From Mobula hypostoma (taxonomy: Eukaryota): DNA of 64,000 nucleotides. Under the pieces are notes generated by a model. The model was not told the origin of the DNA, searched no databases, and was given only the letters and a program-made list of their open reading frames with translations. The stretch lies in contig NC_086126.1 in the NCBI RefSeq assembly GCF_963921235.1, positions 18,290,001 through 18,354,000 on the forward strand, read 5' to 3'. Shown in pieces: positions 23,372-37,729 of the stretch. The position numbers were made by a program, and so were the translations under genes. Positions within the stretch are counted from its first letter, which is position 1, and each line of letters opens with the position of its first letter.

Positions 23372-24954
23372 CAAACCCCATTTCCAGAAAAGTTGGGATA
23401 TTTTCCAAAATGCAATAAAAACAAAAATCTGTTAATTCACGTGAACCTTTATTTAACTGACAAAAGTACAAAGAAAAGATTTTCAATAATTTTACTGACC
23501 AACTTAATTGTATTTTGTAAACATACACAAATTTAGAATTTACACTCAACAAAAGCTGGGACAGAGGCATGTTTACCATTGTTTACATCACCTTTCCTTT
23601 TAATAACATTTTTAATTGTTTTGGAACTGAGGATACTAATTGTAGTAGATTTGCAATTGGAAATTTTGTCCATTCTTGCTTGATATAAGACGTCAGCTGC
23701 TCAACAGTCCGCGGTCTCCGTTGTCTGAGTTTCCTCTTCATGATGCGCCATACATTTTCAATAGGAGATAGATCTGGACTGGCAGCAGGCCAGTCAAGCA
23801 CACACACTCTGTGTCTACAAAGCCACGCTGTTGTAGCCCGTGCAGAATGTGGTCTGGCATTGTCCTGCTGAAATAAGCAATGGACGTCCCGGGAAAAGAC
23901 GTCGCCCTGATGGCAACATATGTCTCTCTAAAATCCTAATATACGCCTCAGAGTCAATGGTACCTTCACATACATGCAACTCACCCATGCCGTGGGCACT
24001 GATGCACCCCCATACCATCACAGATGCTGGCTTTTGCACCTTTCGCTGATAACCATCTGGATGGTTGTTTTCATCTTTGGCACTGAGAACTCGACGCCTG
24101 TTTTTTCCGAAAACTAGCTGAAATGTGGACTTATCTGACCACAGCACACGGTTCCACAGTCTTTCGGTCCATCTGAGATGAGCTCGGGCCCAGAGAACTC
24201 GCCGGCGTTTCCACATAGAGTTGATGTATGGCTTCCTCCTTGCGTAATACAGTTTTAAGTTGCATTTCTGGATGCAGCGACGGACTGTGTTGAGTGACAA
24301 TGGTTTTCCGAAGTACTCCTGAGCCCAGGTGGCTGTAATTGTCACAGTAACATGACAGTTTCTTAGGCAGTGCCGCCTGAGGGCTTGAAGATCACGCGCA
24401 TTCAACAGTGGTTTCCGACCTTGCCCTTTACGCACTGAGATGTCTCTGAATTCTCTGAATCTTTTACAATATTATGTACTGTAGATGTTAAAAGACCTAC
24501 ATTCTCTGCAATCTTGCGTTGAGAAATGTTCCTTTTGAACTGACTAACAATTCTCTCACGAATTTTGGCACAAAGGGGTGAGCCACGGCCCATCCTTGCT
24601 TGCAAAGACTGAGCCTTTGATGGACGCTACTTTGATACCCAGTCATGATACCTCATCTGCTTCCAATTAGCCTGCTTAATGTGGAGTCTTCCAAACCGGT
24701 GTTACTTGAATATTCTATACACTTTTCAATCTTATTTTAATTCTGTCCCAACTTTTGTTGAGTGTGTTGCAGCCATCAAATTCTAAATTTGTGTATATCT
24801 ACAAAATACAATTAAGTTGGTCAGTAAAACTATTGAAAATCTTTTCTTTGTACTTTTGTCAGTTAAATAAAGGTTCACGTGAATTAACATATCACAGATT
24901 TTTGTTTTTATTGCATTTTGGAAAATATCCCAACTTTTCTGGAAATGGGGTTTG
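23372..24954 (-). mobile_element. Full-length Tc1/mariner DNA transposon with ~200-bp TIRs and TA TSD
   Basis: TIRs CAAACCCCATTTCCAGAAAAGTTGGGA... at both ends; TA at 23370-23371 and 24955-24956. Confidence 0.95.
23583..24590 (-). pseudogene. Tc1 transposase, frameshifted
   Basis: MGRGSPL..., GRKP AT-hook, VLWSDKS, VMVWGC and SPDLSPIENVW spread over three ORFs. Confidence 0.9.
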
Positions 24955-26949
24955 TAGATTTAATCAAAAAATTCAACTTCAAGAATGAATCCGAAAGAAA
25001 TTTTGTAATGGTACACTACATGAGAAATTGGAAGATGCAGTGTTAACCACAAATCTCACAATGTACCAGAGACTGACGGGTACAGAATGAACCCCATACT
25101 CCCACACTGTACCAGGGACTGTCAGGTGCCAGTAAGTGGTGACTGAAGTTGAAAAGACTGAAATTTACTGAAACGCTCTTTTCAGAGCCACTCCCAAAGT
25201 CTGTGGAAGGGAAGAACTGTGAAGTTGGTGATCTCTGTTCAGAGTAACTGGTCTGTGTATCTATCACAGCATGGCATAATCCGGAAGCATCACTGGTAAC
25301 ATTTTCTCTTCCTCCGTCTTCTTTCTTCTGCAAAATAAACCGTTAGATGGCTGTGCAGAAAGTGCTCTGCTTCAGTCCAGGCTCATTGCCTCTCGCCAGC
25401 TGAATTTAACTCTCACCCTTCCGGAGAGTCAATGGCTTCACTCAGCACGGGTGGGGAAACAGAAAGGCTGTCGCTTCTACAGTCAGCCCCCAGAGGGAGA
25501 ACTTAATCTCTGGTATATTGAACTAACAACTCAATAGGAATCAGCTGTCAGAGGAAGTGGCTGAGGCAGGTGCAATACCAAGACTGAAAATATATGGGAC
25601 AGGGAGGTGGATAGACCAGTTTCAGTCTGATATGGGTGCAACCTGGATGAGAGCTTTCCTTGGCCTGGACCAAATGGGCTGAAAGTTCTAATTTCTTGCA
25701 GTGTGACGCTACAAATCTGAACCATGTTCACTTGGTTTGATGACATTAAAGTTCTTTAAATGACTTGTAATTTCTTCATAGATCAGGCTCCAGCATCTTG
25801 CCATCAATACATGTGAAGTTAACAGGACTACAATTACCTTCTGTTGTGTTCGAACTTTCTTGAACAATGGAGACAGTTGAGGTTTTCTACTCCAATGGGA
25901 TCTTCGTAGAACACAATGCATTTCAGCAAACAGCAAATTCTACCTCCACTTTCCCTCCAGCCCTCGAGTAAAGCTCTCGAGTGCAGGTCGTTGTGACCTG
26001 GTGATGTTGGCTTTGAGTCTCATTAGATTTTTCTGTCATGATGGTGACTGTTGCAAATTATTGCACAGTGTTGAAATGTCAGCCAATATCTCATTTTGAG
26101 ATGTGTGCCATGTCCCTAGTGTGAACAATGTTCACAGTGTTGAGTTTAATTTATCACAATTTTTTGTTAGCTTTAGCTATTGAGGCTCTTGCCACTAGTT
26201 CCAGAATTATTCTCAGTCTGTTAGTCACTCTCTGTGCTCTAGGCTTTGATTTAATGTTTCCCTTGACCCCGTTGGTCCATCATTCTCCTGGGTCCCTCTG
26301 TCTAATTGGGATCTGCATCTGCTGAGCGTTATGAACCAGCTGTTTACACATCTGTGACTGTCCATCCACTGAGCTGTCCTGAGCCTATTTACCCTGTCAA
26401 CCCCAGACAACCCCACCTCCACATCTTTGTAATTGTCCTTAATTAGGCTGAGGACATTGGTTGTGGGTGTGGGTGTTCATCCTCAAATTGTATCTGGAAT
26501 CCTCCCATGTTGTGTTCACTTCTTCCTCAGGTATCCTTCACCACAGGATCTCTTATTAATCCCACATCATCACATTTGAAATGTCCTGTTCCTGGGTAAG
26601 TTCTGTAACATTATGCTGTACGAAACAGTCTCTGGCCACTCCACAAATTTGTTTTCCTGCCAGTTTGATTAGTTTTATCAATGAACAAGGAAGCCCTCCT
26701 CATTTCACTTTTGCAGATTCGTGTGGAACATTGAATATGCTCGAATACTGAGTTCCCAGTCCCAGTCTGCCTGCAACCATGTCCCTGGAATACCCATAAC
26801 ATCAAACACATTTGTCACAATACAATACAATTTTCACATTTCTGAGAAACATTATCTAACTTTAATTCTTATATTTTGCTTATTTTAATGTACTCTTCTC
26901 CCTCAGTTGTAATTTCTATTTCCCTTCCACAGTGAAGACTTTGCATTCA

Positions 26950-29900
26950 AAGTCAACAACATCTTCTTCACAATCACCATCAGCACTGGTGCACCACAAG
27001 GCTGTGTGCTTGGCCTCTACTCTACTCCCTTTATACCTGTGATTGTGTGGCTAAGTACAACTCCAATGACAGATTTAAGTTTGCAGATGACACCACTGTT
27101 ATTGGATGAATCAAAGGTACATTTGCCCCCAGGAGGGAGATGGAGGATCTGGTTGAATGGTGCCACAACAACAACCTCTCACTCAATATCAGCAAAACCA
27201 AAGAGCTGATCACTGACCACAGGGGCAGGAAACCGGAGGTCCAAGAGCCAGTCATCATCAGGGGACTGGAGGTGAAGGGAGTTGGTAACTTTAAATTCCT
27301 TGTCGTTATCATTTCAGTGGATCTGTCCTGGGAGGAGCAGGAACTGTCTTTAATATAAGAAGGATCGGCAGAAACTCTACTCAGAAGTTTGATAATAATC
27401 GGCATGTCATCTAAATCTTTGACATATAGATGCACAGTGGAGAGTATCCTGACTGGTTGCATCACGGCCTGATATGGAAACACAATGATCAGGAATGGAA
27501 ATGTCTACAAGAAGTAGTGGATACTTCCAAGTTCATCACAGGCAAAGCCCTCTCCATCATTCAGTATATTTACAAGAAGCGCTTCTACAAGAAAACTGCA
27601 TCCATCATCAACAACATCCTTCATCCATCTCATGCTCTCTTCTCACTGCTGCCATCGGGAAGGACGTACAGGAAACATAGGTCCTATGCCACCAAATTCT
27701 GGAAGAGTTATTACCCTACACCAGTCATGCTCCTGAAATGGCATAGGTAACTCCACTGAACTGATTCCATAACCACAGCTACACTATGATAAGGAATGCC
27801 TATCGTTCACTCCCAAGACTGCATTTAGTTAAGTCGGATCATTTGACTGTACTCCTGCTACCTACAAACAGACAGAGCCTAAGGAACAAGGCTCCAGAGA
27901 TCAAGATACCCAAGGCAAGCCATGGGAGGCACAAGAACGGTTACAGAATTGCCTTGAGTCAGCGGACTGGAACATGTACAAGAAGTCATCTAAGGATCTG
28001 AACAAATACACTGGGGCCATTACAGACTTCATTAAAACAGCAGTGGAGGTGTGTGTTCCCACAAAATCACTCAGGGTTTTCCCAAATCTGCTCTGGAAAA
28101 GCAATGAATCTGGAACCTGCTGATCAAGAGATCAGAGGCATTCAAGTCTGGAGATCAAGAATGCTACAAGAGGTGCAGGGTATGGTCTCCAGAGAGACAT
28201 CTCTCAGGTAAAGTGGAGATTCTGGACTGGACTGGAATAAAAGAGAGATGCTCGACAGCTGTGGCAAGGTGTGAATGCCAGAACCTCCAGCAAAGGTAAA
28301 GAGTGACAAAGGGGACAGCAGAGCTTCACCTCCAGACAAGCTCAATGCCTTCTATGCGCGTTTTGTCCCCAGAAGAGGGAGGAACCATCGCCCAGCCCCG
28401 TGTCTCCTGATGGTCATTTGGTCTCAGTATCTGAAGATGACGTGCAGGCTGCCTTCAAGAGAGTGAATCCAAGGAAAGCATCCGGTCTGGATGGAGTACC
28501 TGGTTGAGTACTGAAGACCTGTGCTGACCAGCTGGCTGGTGTATTCATGGATATCTTCAACCTCTTGATCTGGCAGTGTGTGGAACCCACCTACTTCAAG
28601 GAAGCTTCAATCATACTGGTGGTAACCTGTTTAAATGACTATTGCCCAGTGGCACTTACATCCACAGTGATGAAGTGTTTTGAGAGGCTGGTGTTGAAGC
28701 ATATCAGCTCTTGTCTGAATGGTGACTTGGATCCTCTCCAATTCACCTACCGAAGCAACAGCAGATACTGTCTAGTTGGCTTTTCCCATAACTCTGGAAC
28801 ATCTGGACAGCAAAGATGCAAACATCTGGATGCCCTTTATTGATTACAGCTCAGCATTTAACACCATCATCCCCTCAGAACTAATCAGTAAACTCCAAGA
28901 CCTGGGCCTCAATGCTCCCTTGTGCAATTGGATCCTGGATTTCCTCAGGTTCAGATCCAAGTCAATTCAGATTGGCAAAAACAGCTTGTCCACAATATCT
29001 TATCAGCACAGGAGCACCACAAGGATGTGTGCTTAGCCCCCAGCTCTACTAACTTTACACCTATGACTGTGTGGCTGAGTACAGCTCCAACACCATATAC
29101 AAATTGCTGATGACACCCCTGTTGTGGGCTGTATCGAAGGTGGTGATGAATCAGTGTACAGGAGGGAGATCGAAAACTTGGCTGAGTGGTGTAATAACAA
29201 CGACCCCTCACTCAATGTCAGTAAGACCAAGGGACGGATTGTAGACTTTAGGAGGGAGAAACCGGAGGTTCATGAGCCAGTAATCAAAGGATGATCAGAG
29301 GTGGGGAGGGTCAGTAACTTTAAATTCCTGTGTGTCACTCACTCAGAGGATCTGTCCTGGACCCATCGCATAAATATAATTTTGAAGAAAGCACAACAGC
29401 ACTCTACTTCCTCAGGACTCTGCAGAGGTTCAGCATGTCATTGAAAACCTTGGCAAACTTGTATAACTGTGTGGTGGAAGATGTGCTGACTGGCTGCATT
29501 ACGGCCTGGTATAGGAACAACAATGCCTTTGAATGGGAAATCCTACAAAGGGTAGTGGATTCGGCCCAGTATATCACAGATAAAACCCTCACAACCACTG
29601 TGCACATCGACATGAAACATTGCTGTAGGAAAGCAGTGTCCATCAGCAAAGATCCTCACCACCCAGGCAATGCTCTTTTCTCACTGCTGCCATCAGGTAG
29701 AAGGTACAGGTACCTCGGGACTCACACCACCACATTCGAGAACAGTTACTACCCCTCAACCATCAGTGCCTTGAACAAAAGGGGATAGCTACACTCATGT
29801 CAGGACTGTTATATCGTTATTTCATGCTTGTTATTTATTGATATTTATTTTTCTGGATTTACACAATTTGTTTACTGTTTATAGTTCCTCATATTTACAG

Positions 29901-30015
29901 TTCACAGTTATTGTTCTATAGATTTGCTAAGATTGCCGGTAGAATAAGATTCTAAGGGTTGTCTGGGGTGCCAGGTATGTACTGTGAGAATAAATTTTAA
30001 TTTGAACTTTGAACT
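26950..30015 (+). mobile_element. Two Rex1/Babar-type LINE copies (26950-27780 3' part; 27786-30015 EN end, RT and 3' tail)
   Basis: [52 protein letters not shown] motifs. Confidence 0.85.
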
Positions 30016-30299
30016 ATATGGTGACATATGCGAAGTGTGATAACAACTTACTTTGGATTAATACTTTGGCTTTGACAATATTTTTCCGTGACGTTTTTTT
30101 TCAGTGATCTAGTTCCAACATCTTTCATCTCAAATTATAAAAGATTATCCACGCAAAATTATACAAAATACAAACACTGCATATTTATCAGATCGAAGAG
30201 CCAAATTATAATATGAATATTACTGTCTATAACACACTCAATTCCAGGGAATGGGGGAAGTGGGTCACCGTCCCTGGAAATCTCCCAGTCTCCCCACTC

Positions 30300-30608
30300 T
30301 GTTTACAATGGTCGCAAGTTTTTCGGCGGCTCTGCTGATTGACAGCTCCCTCTGCCCCGCCTCCCCGGCTGTAGGTCACTGTCACGTGACGCCATGTGAT
30401 AGTTGACCCGTGGCGCGATGACGTCACAAAGCCCTACCGTCCCCGCCGTCGTTTCCTTGGAAACGGTCCGGTGCGGGAAGTCCGAGATGGTGGAGCCGGT
30501 CTCCACTTGTTGGGGTTTCGGCTCCGCTGTGGGATCCGCCTCTCCTCTTCCTGCCCGCGGAACAGCGAGTGTCCGTCAGCGCCTCACTGCACCGGCTCTC
30601 TGCCTCAG
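30300..30608. promoter_or_regulatory. CpG-island promoter-like region
   Basis: GTCACGTGAC 30381-30390; TGACGTCA 30419-30426; RFX-like GTTTCCTTGGAAAC 30451-30464; GGGAAGT 30475-30481; ATG at 30487; high CpG content. Confidence 0.6.
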
Positions 30609-31699
30609 GTACAATATTTAAAACATATTTCCACAGTCACATGGATGGGAAAGGTTGAGAGGGATACGGGCCTAATGCAGGCAGATGGGCCGAGTTCAGG
30701 TCGACAACTTGGTCGGCGTGGATGAGTTGTACCGAAGGGACTGTTTCATTTCTGTATAAACCAGTGACTCTATTTTGGGAGGTTAAACCATGGCAAGATG
30801 CACACAGGTTCCTGAGGAGTTTCTGGGGGCGCCCCCCCCCCCCCCCCCCTATCTTCTGGTACTGATTTACAATACCAGCTATTCTCTGTGTGAAATATGT
30901 ACCCTTCAGATCCCCTTTAAATCTGTCTTTAAACAGTTTTGTACAATTCTAATGGGAGGCAGTTCTTTGACTGACAAGGCAAGTAGAACACACAACCCTG
31001 TCTACCTGTGATGCCACATACAGGGAACTGTGTAACATTATTAGAGGCACATGCACAGGTACTTCAGTGAGCAAGGCCCAGAGGGATATGAAACTAATAC
31101 AGGACAGTGGGATTAGTATAGCCGTGCACGATGGGGAGCAGAAATGTGATGGGCCAGAGGGTCTGTTTCTATCCTGTACAACCCTGACCACAGAAGTCCT
31201 CCACTGCAGTGGAGTTTGTCACCTTCATTCTCGGCTGTGAGCTTGTTCCACTGTGAGAAGATATTTGCACCCTCCCACTGTGACCAAGCTGTCAGACATA
31301 TCTCCTAATATCACCCAGAGTACTTAACCAAATTCCCATATAAAAGTATTGTTACTGGTGCACAGGAAGTGGGAACATTTTGGTAGCCTTTTGAGGGGTT
31401 GGTTCACTATGTGACCATTAATACCTTTGTACAGCAACAATCCATTGTCCTCGGTTCTGAACGTTTTAGGTAAGTCCATCCTGAAGTCCTGTGTTCCAGG
31501 TTCCCACTGCATTTTCACAGTCAGTGGTTTCTGCATGTCCATACTGACCATCGAGAATCTGTCCCCATTAACTCAGCACTTGGTCTGTGAACTACCCTGC
31601 CTTGGTGATTCAAATGCTCATCAAGGTGGTCCTTAAATACCAGCCTGCACCACCCCCTCAAACAGTGTGTTCCAGATTGCAGTCTTCCTCTGGGGAGAG

Positions 31700-34600
31700 A
31701 GGAAACATAGAAAACCTACAGCACAATACAGGCCCTTCGGCTCACAAAGTTATTCCAAACATGTCCCTACCTTTGAAATTACTACGGTTACCCATAGCCC
31801 TCTATTTTTCTAAGCTCCATGTACCTATCCAAAAGTTTTTTAAAGACCCTATCGTATCGGCCTCCACCACCATTGCTGGCAGCCCATTCCACGCACTCAC
31901 CACTCCCTTCAAAAAAAAACTTACCCTAACATCTCCTCTGTACCTACTCCCAAGCACCTTAAACCTGTGTCCTCTTGTGGCAGTCATTTCAGCCCTGGAA
32001 AAAAGCCTCTGACTATCCTCACAATCAATGCCTCTCATCATTTTATACACCTCTATCTGGTCACATCTCATACCCCGTCGCTCCAAGGAGAAAAGGCCGA
32101 GTTCACTCAACCTATTCTCATAAGGCATGCTCCACAATCCAGGTAACATCCTTGTAAATCTCCTCTGCACCTTTCTGTGGTTTCCACATCCTCCCTGTAG
32201 TGAGGTGACCAGAACCGAGCGCAGTACTCCAAATGGGGTCTGACCAGGGTCCTATATAACTGCAACATTACCTCTTGGCTCCTAAGTTCAATTCCATGAT
32301 TGATGACGGCCAATACACCGTATGCCGCCTTAACCACAGAGTCAACCTGCGCAGCTGCTTTGAACGTCCTATGGACTCTGACCCCAAGATCCCTCTGGTC
32401 CTCTACACTGCGAAGGGTCTTACCACTAATACTATATACTGTCATCATATTTGACCTTCCAAACTGAAGCACCTCACACTTATCTGGGTTGAACTCCACC
32501 TGCCACTTCTCAGCCCAGTTTTGCATCCTATCAATGTCCCACTGTAACCTCTGACAGCCCTCCACACTATCCACAACACCCCCAACCTTTGTGTCATCAG
32601 CAAACTTACTAACCCATCCCTCCACTTCCTCATCCAGGTCATTTATAAAAATCATGAAAAGTAAGGGTCCCAGAACAGATCCCTGAGGCACACCACTGGT
32701 CACCGACCTCCATTCAGAATATGACCTGTCTGCAACCACTCTTTGCCTTCTGTGGGCAAGTCAGTTCTGGATCTGCTAAGCATTGTCCCCTTGGATCTCA
32801 TGCCTCCTTACTTTCTCAATAAGCCTTGCATGGGGTACCTTATCAAATGCCTTGCTGAAATCCATATACACTACATCTACTGCTCTCCCTTTATCAATGT
32901 GTTCAGTCACATCCTCAAAAAATTCAATCAGGCTCGTAAGGCACAACCTGCCCTTGACAAGCCCTGCTGACTATTCCTAATCATATTATACCTCTCCAAA
33001 TGTTCATAAATCCTGCCTCTCCATCAACTTACCAACCACTAAGGTAAGACTCACTGGTCAATAATTTCCTGGGCTATCTCTACTCCCGTTCTTGAATGAG
33101 GGAAGAACATTCACAATCTTCCGGAACCTCTTCTGTCCCCATTGATGATGCAAAGATCATCGCCAGAGGCTCAGCAATCTCCTCCCTCACCTCCCACAGT
33201 ATCTTGGGGTACATCTTATCCTGTCCTGGCGACTTATCCAACCTGATGCTTTCCAAAAGCTCCAGCACATCCACTTTCTTAATATCTACATGCTCAAGCT
33301 TTTCAGTCCACTGCAAGTCATCACTACAATCACCGAGATCCTTTTCTATAGTGAATATTGAAGTAAAGTATTCATTAAGTACCTCTGCTATTTCCTCCAG
33401 TTCCATACACACTTTCCCACTGTCACACTTGATAGGTCCTATTCTTTCACGTCTTATCCTCTTGCTCTTCACATACTTGTAGAATGCCTTGGGGTTTTCC
33501 TTAATCCTGCCCTCCAAGGCCTTCTCATGGCCCTTCTGGCTCTTCTAATTTCCTTCATCAGCTCCTTCCTGTTAGCCTGACAATCTTCTAGATCTCTAAC
33601 ATTCCCTAGCTCTCTGAACCTTTTGTAAGCTTTTCTTTTCTTCTTGACTAGATTTACTACAGCCTTTGTACACCACAGTTCCTGTACCCTACCATAACTT
33701 CCCTGTCTCATTGGAATTACCTATGCAGAACTCCACACAAATATCCCCTGAACATTTGCCACATTTTTTCCGTACCTTTCCCTGAGAACATCTGTTCCCA
33801 ATTTAAACTTCCAAGTTCCTGCCTGATAGCCTCATAATCTCCCTTACTCCAATTAAACGCTTTTCTAACTTGTCTGTTCCTATCTCTCCCAGTGCTATTG
33901 TAAAGGAAATAGAATTATGATCACTATGTCCAAAATGCTCTCCCGCTGAGAGAACTGACACCTGACCAGGTTCATTTCTGAATACCAAATCAAGTACAGT
34001 CTCTCCTCTTGTAGGCTTATCTACATATTCTGTCAAGAAACCTTCCTGAACACACCTAACAAACTCCACCCTATTTAAACTCCTTGCTCTAGGGAGATGC
34101 CAATCAACATTTGGGAAATTAAAATCTCCCACCGCGACAACTCTGTTATTATTACACGTTTCCAGGATCTGTTTCCCCATCTGCTCCTCAATATCCCTTT
34201 TACTACTGGGTGGCCTATGAAAACCACCCAGTAGAGTAATTGACTCCTTCCTGTTCCTAACCTCCACCCATAGAGACTCTATAGACAATCCCCCCATAAC
34301 GTTCACCTTTTCTGCAGCCACGACACTATCTCTGATCAACAGTGCCATGCCCCCATCTCATTTGCCTCCCTCCCTGTCCTTCCTGAAACATCTAAAACCG
34401 GCACTTGAAGTAACCATTCCTGTCCCTGAGCCATCCAAGTCACTGTAATGGCCACCACATCATGGCTCCAAGTAGTGATACATGCTCTAAGCCAGGGGTC
34501 CCCAGCTTTTCTCGCACTGCGGACCAGTTTCATATTAACAATATTCTTGCGGACCGGTCGACCGGCGGGGGTGTGGGGGGGAGTAGGGTTGCCAACGAAC

Positions 34601-36900
34601 AAGAGTAGCAGTCAAATATGTTGGGTTTATCCCGAGTAAGACTACAATGACCATGAAGCCTTGCGTGGGCATCAGTGCGAATACGTGATTTGTGCATGTG
34701 TGTACGTGCCGATTTTTGTTTTTACAAATCGGTTTTGATGATTCTGTCGGGGGGGTGGTGTTAATCATAAACACAATATAGGTGATAAGTGGCTAATACA
34801 CTCAATTTCGTTTCTAAAAGGGTTCATCTAACGAATGTAATATTAAACACACAGCGCATATTTTCCTTGCATGAATATAGCGATAAGTTAATTATCAGGG
34901 GAGCTTGAAGTAAGTGTTGAACGAATTGCCAGTAGAAGTGGTCGAGGCAGGTTCGATATTATCATTTAAAGAAAAATTGGATAGGTATATGGACAGGAAA
35001 GGAATGGAGGGTTATGGGCTGAGTGCAGGTCAGTGGGACTTGGTGAGAGTAGCGTTCGGCACGGACTAGAAGCGGTGAGATCGCTTTGTAATCGCCGTGC
35101 TGTAATTGTTATATGGTTATAACAATTAGTATCATAACATTTTGAGTAACGTTTCGATATTAAACACACAGCACATATTTTTCCCGTATGAACATATAAA
35201 ATCATTGCAACACACCAATATCGCTGAATCAGTGGGAGCCCTGGGCTTGTTTCCCTGCAACAAGACGGTCCTATCAAGGGGTGATGGGAGACAACGATAC
35301 TCGAAGAGGGTTCCTTATGTCCAGTCTATTCCACAATTTAATTTTCGTTGCATTCATTGCAGAGATATGTTGGAAATGGAAGCAACGTTTTCAGTGCTTT
35401 CGTGGCTATCTCAGGATATTTAGCCTTGTCTTTGATCCAGAATGCCGGCAGAGATGTTATGTCAAACATGCTTTTCAGCCCGTCGTCATTTGCAAGCTCG
35501 AGGAGTTGATCTCCTTCCCGCACTGACATGGATGACGCGTGCGTAATGACCTCGCGTGTGTTCAAGCTCAACAGTGGGTGTGACAGGGAATGAGGAAAGG
35601 TGCAGCTGACTCATATTGCCAAATCATATTGTTTCCTCGCAGCCCGGTAGCGCATGCTTTGCGTCCCGGTACCGGTCCACAGCCCGGTGGTTGGGGACCG
35701 CTGCTTGAAGCGTATCCGCTTTGTTCACAATACTCCTTGCGTTAAAATAGACACATCTCAATTTGTTGGTCTGAGCACGTACCTTCTCTATCACCTGCCT
35801 ATCTTCCCTCACACACTGTCTCCAAGCTTTCTCTATTTGTGAGTCAACCGCCTCTTCCCCAGTCTCTTCAGTTCAGTTCCCACCCCCCAACAGTTCCAGT
35901 TTAAACTCTCCCCAACAGCAAACCTCCCCGCAAGATATTGTTCCCTGTGGGATTCAAGTGCAACCCATCCTTTTTGTACAGGTCACACCTGCCCCAAAAG
36001 AGGTCCCAGTGATCCAGAAATCTGAATCCCTGCCCCCTGCTCCAATCCCTCAGCCACGCATTTATCCTCCACCTCATTCCATTCCTATACTCACTGTCAC
36101 GTGGCACAGGCAGTAATCCTGAGATTACTACCTTTGCTCTCCTGCTTCTCAACTTCCTTCCTAACTCCCTGTAGTCTGTTTTCAGGACCTCTTCCCTTTT
36201 CCTACCAATGTCAGTGGTACCAATATGTACCACGACCTCTGGCTGTTCTCCATTCCACTGCAGGATATTGTGGACGCAATCTGAAACTTCCCGGACCCCG
36301 GCATCTGGGAGGCAAACTACCATCCGCATTTCTTTCCTGCGTCCACAGAATCACCTATCTGACCCCCTAACTAAAGAGTCCCCTATCACTACTGCTATCC
36401 TCTTCCTTTCCCTACCCTTCTGAGCCACAGGGTCGGACTCTGTGTCAGAGGCACGGCCACTGTTGCTTCCCCCAGGTAGGCTATATCCCCCCTCCCCCCC
36501 AACAGTACTCAAACAGGAGTACTTATTGTTCAGGGGGACAGACACAGGGCTACTCTCTGGTACCTGACTCTTCCCCTTCCCTCTCCTGACTGTTAACCAC
36601 TTGTCTGTCTGCTGTGGTCCCGGTATGATCACCCTTCTATCACCTCCTCGCTGTCCCTGACCAGACAAAGGTCAACGAGCTGCAACTCCCGTTCCCTAAC
36701 GCGGTCCCTTAGGAGCCGCAGCTCGACACACCGGGTGCGGATATTACCATCCTGGAGGCTGGGAGACTCCAGAACTTTCCACATCTGACACCGAGCACAG
36801 AACACCGGCCTCACACACATACTTCCTTTCCACAATTAACACAGGTAAACCTACCTCGCCTCATTACCACCTAAGCCCATTGAGCCAAAGTCCTCTCACT
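31700..36900 (-). mobile_element. Near full-length degenerate CR1 LINE (ORF1 Zn-finger/SGNH esterase; ORF2 APE endonuclease and RT)
   Basis: CARCQMW...RCVEL, VIGDSLVRG, VVVHIGT.D, DGLHLN (ORF1); [33 protein letters not shown] (ORF2). Confidence 0.92.
34493..35703 (-). mobile_element. Non-autonomous hAT-Charlie element nested in CR1
   Basis: TIRs CAGGGGTCCCCA / TGGGGACCGCTG; imperfect 8-bp TSD CTCTAAGC / CTTGAAGC; transposase C-terminal remnant FWIK...YPEIATKALKTLLPFPTYLC. Confidence 0.85.
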
Positions 36901-37446
36901 CTGCTGCTCGCTGGATATGGCGGTCTTCTTTTTAACCTTTTCCCGCTCTACTGGCTGACTGTGCCTGTGCAGTCTTGCCTCTCTTTACTCCGAGTAGTAA
37001 AATACCTTCGGTCCGGAAATCCTGAGCCGTTCCACTCGCAGCCTGCTTGCTTTTCCTCATCCTCCTTAAACCACACATTTCTCTCGTTAAACTTTTGTTA
37101 CACACACCTCATAATTGTCTGCATTAAATTCCATCTGCCATTGTAACAGCTGGACAACGTCCCATGTCAATATTTGCTAGCCTTTCTTGCTGTCCACTGC
37201 ACCCCTAATCTTGGTGTTATCTGCAAACTTGCTGATCCAGTTTACCACATTCTCATCCAGATCGTTAATACAGATGGAAAACAACAATGGACCCAGCACC
37301 GGGAAGTTTAACCAAGGCAGGATGTACACGGTGAATGACAGGTTCCTGAGAAGTGTTCATGAACAGAGACTTTGTGTGTTTCTGCCTCCACCAGCTCCTC
37401 TGGCAGCTCATTCGGGAGACCATCACTGATCCTTATCCCTCTCAAA

Positions 37447-37628
37447 CCCCCCACTCACCCCCTCCCACCCCTCCCATCCCACTCACCCCCTCCCACCCCC
37501 CCATCCCTCCCACCCCCACCCACCCCCTCCCATCCCCTCCCACCCCTCCCTCCCACCCCCTCCCATCCCCTCCCACCCCCCCACCCCCTCCCATCCCCTC
37601 CACCCCCTCCCATCCCCTCCCATCCCCA
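37447..37628. repeat. C-rich low-complexity tract ((CCCT/CCCA)n); G-quadruplex potential on the minus strand
   Basis: Dense runs of 3-7 C separated by single A or T. Confidence 0.85.
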
Positions 37629-37729
37629 GGTTTTGCAGCTTATTAATCAGGACTGTGGGATTGATGGTGTTAAACACTGAGCTATAGTCAATGAACAACA
37701 CCCTGACACAGGCTGTGCAGATGCACTAC

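Noticed and set aside
37353-37701. Proline-rich/extensin-like protein
   Set aside because: Translation of a C-rich low-complexity tract.
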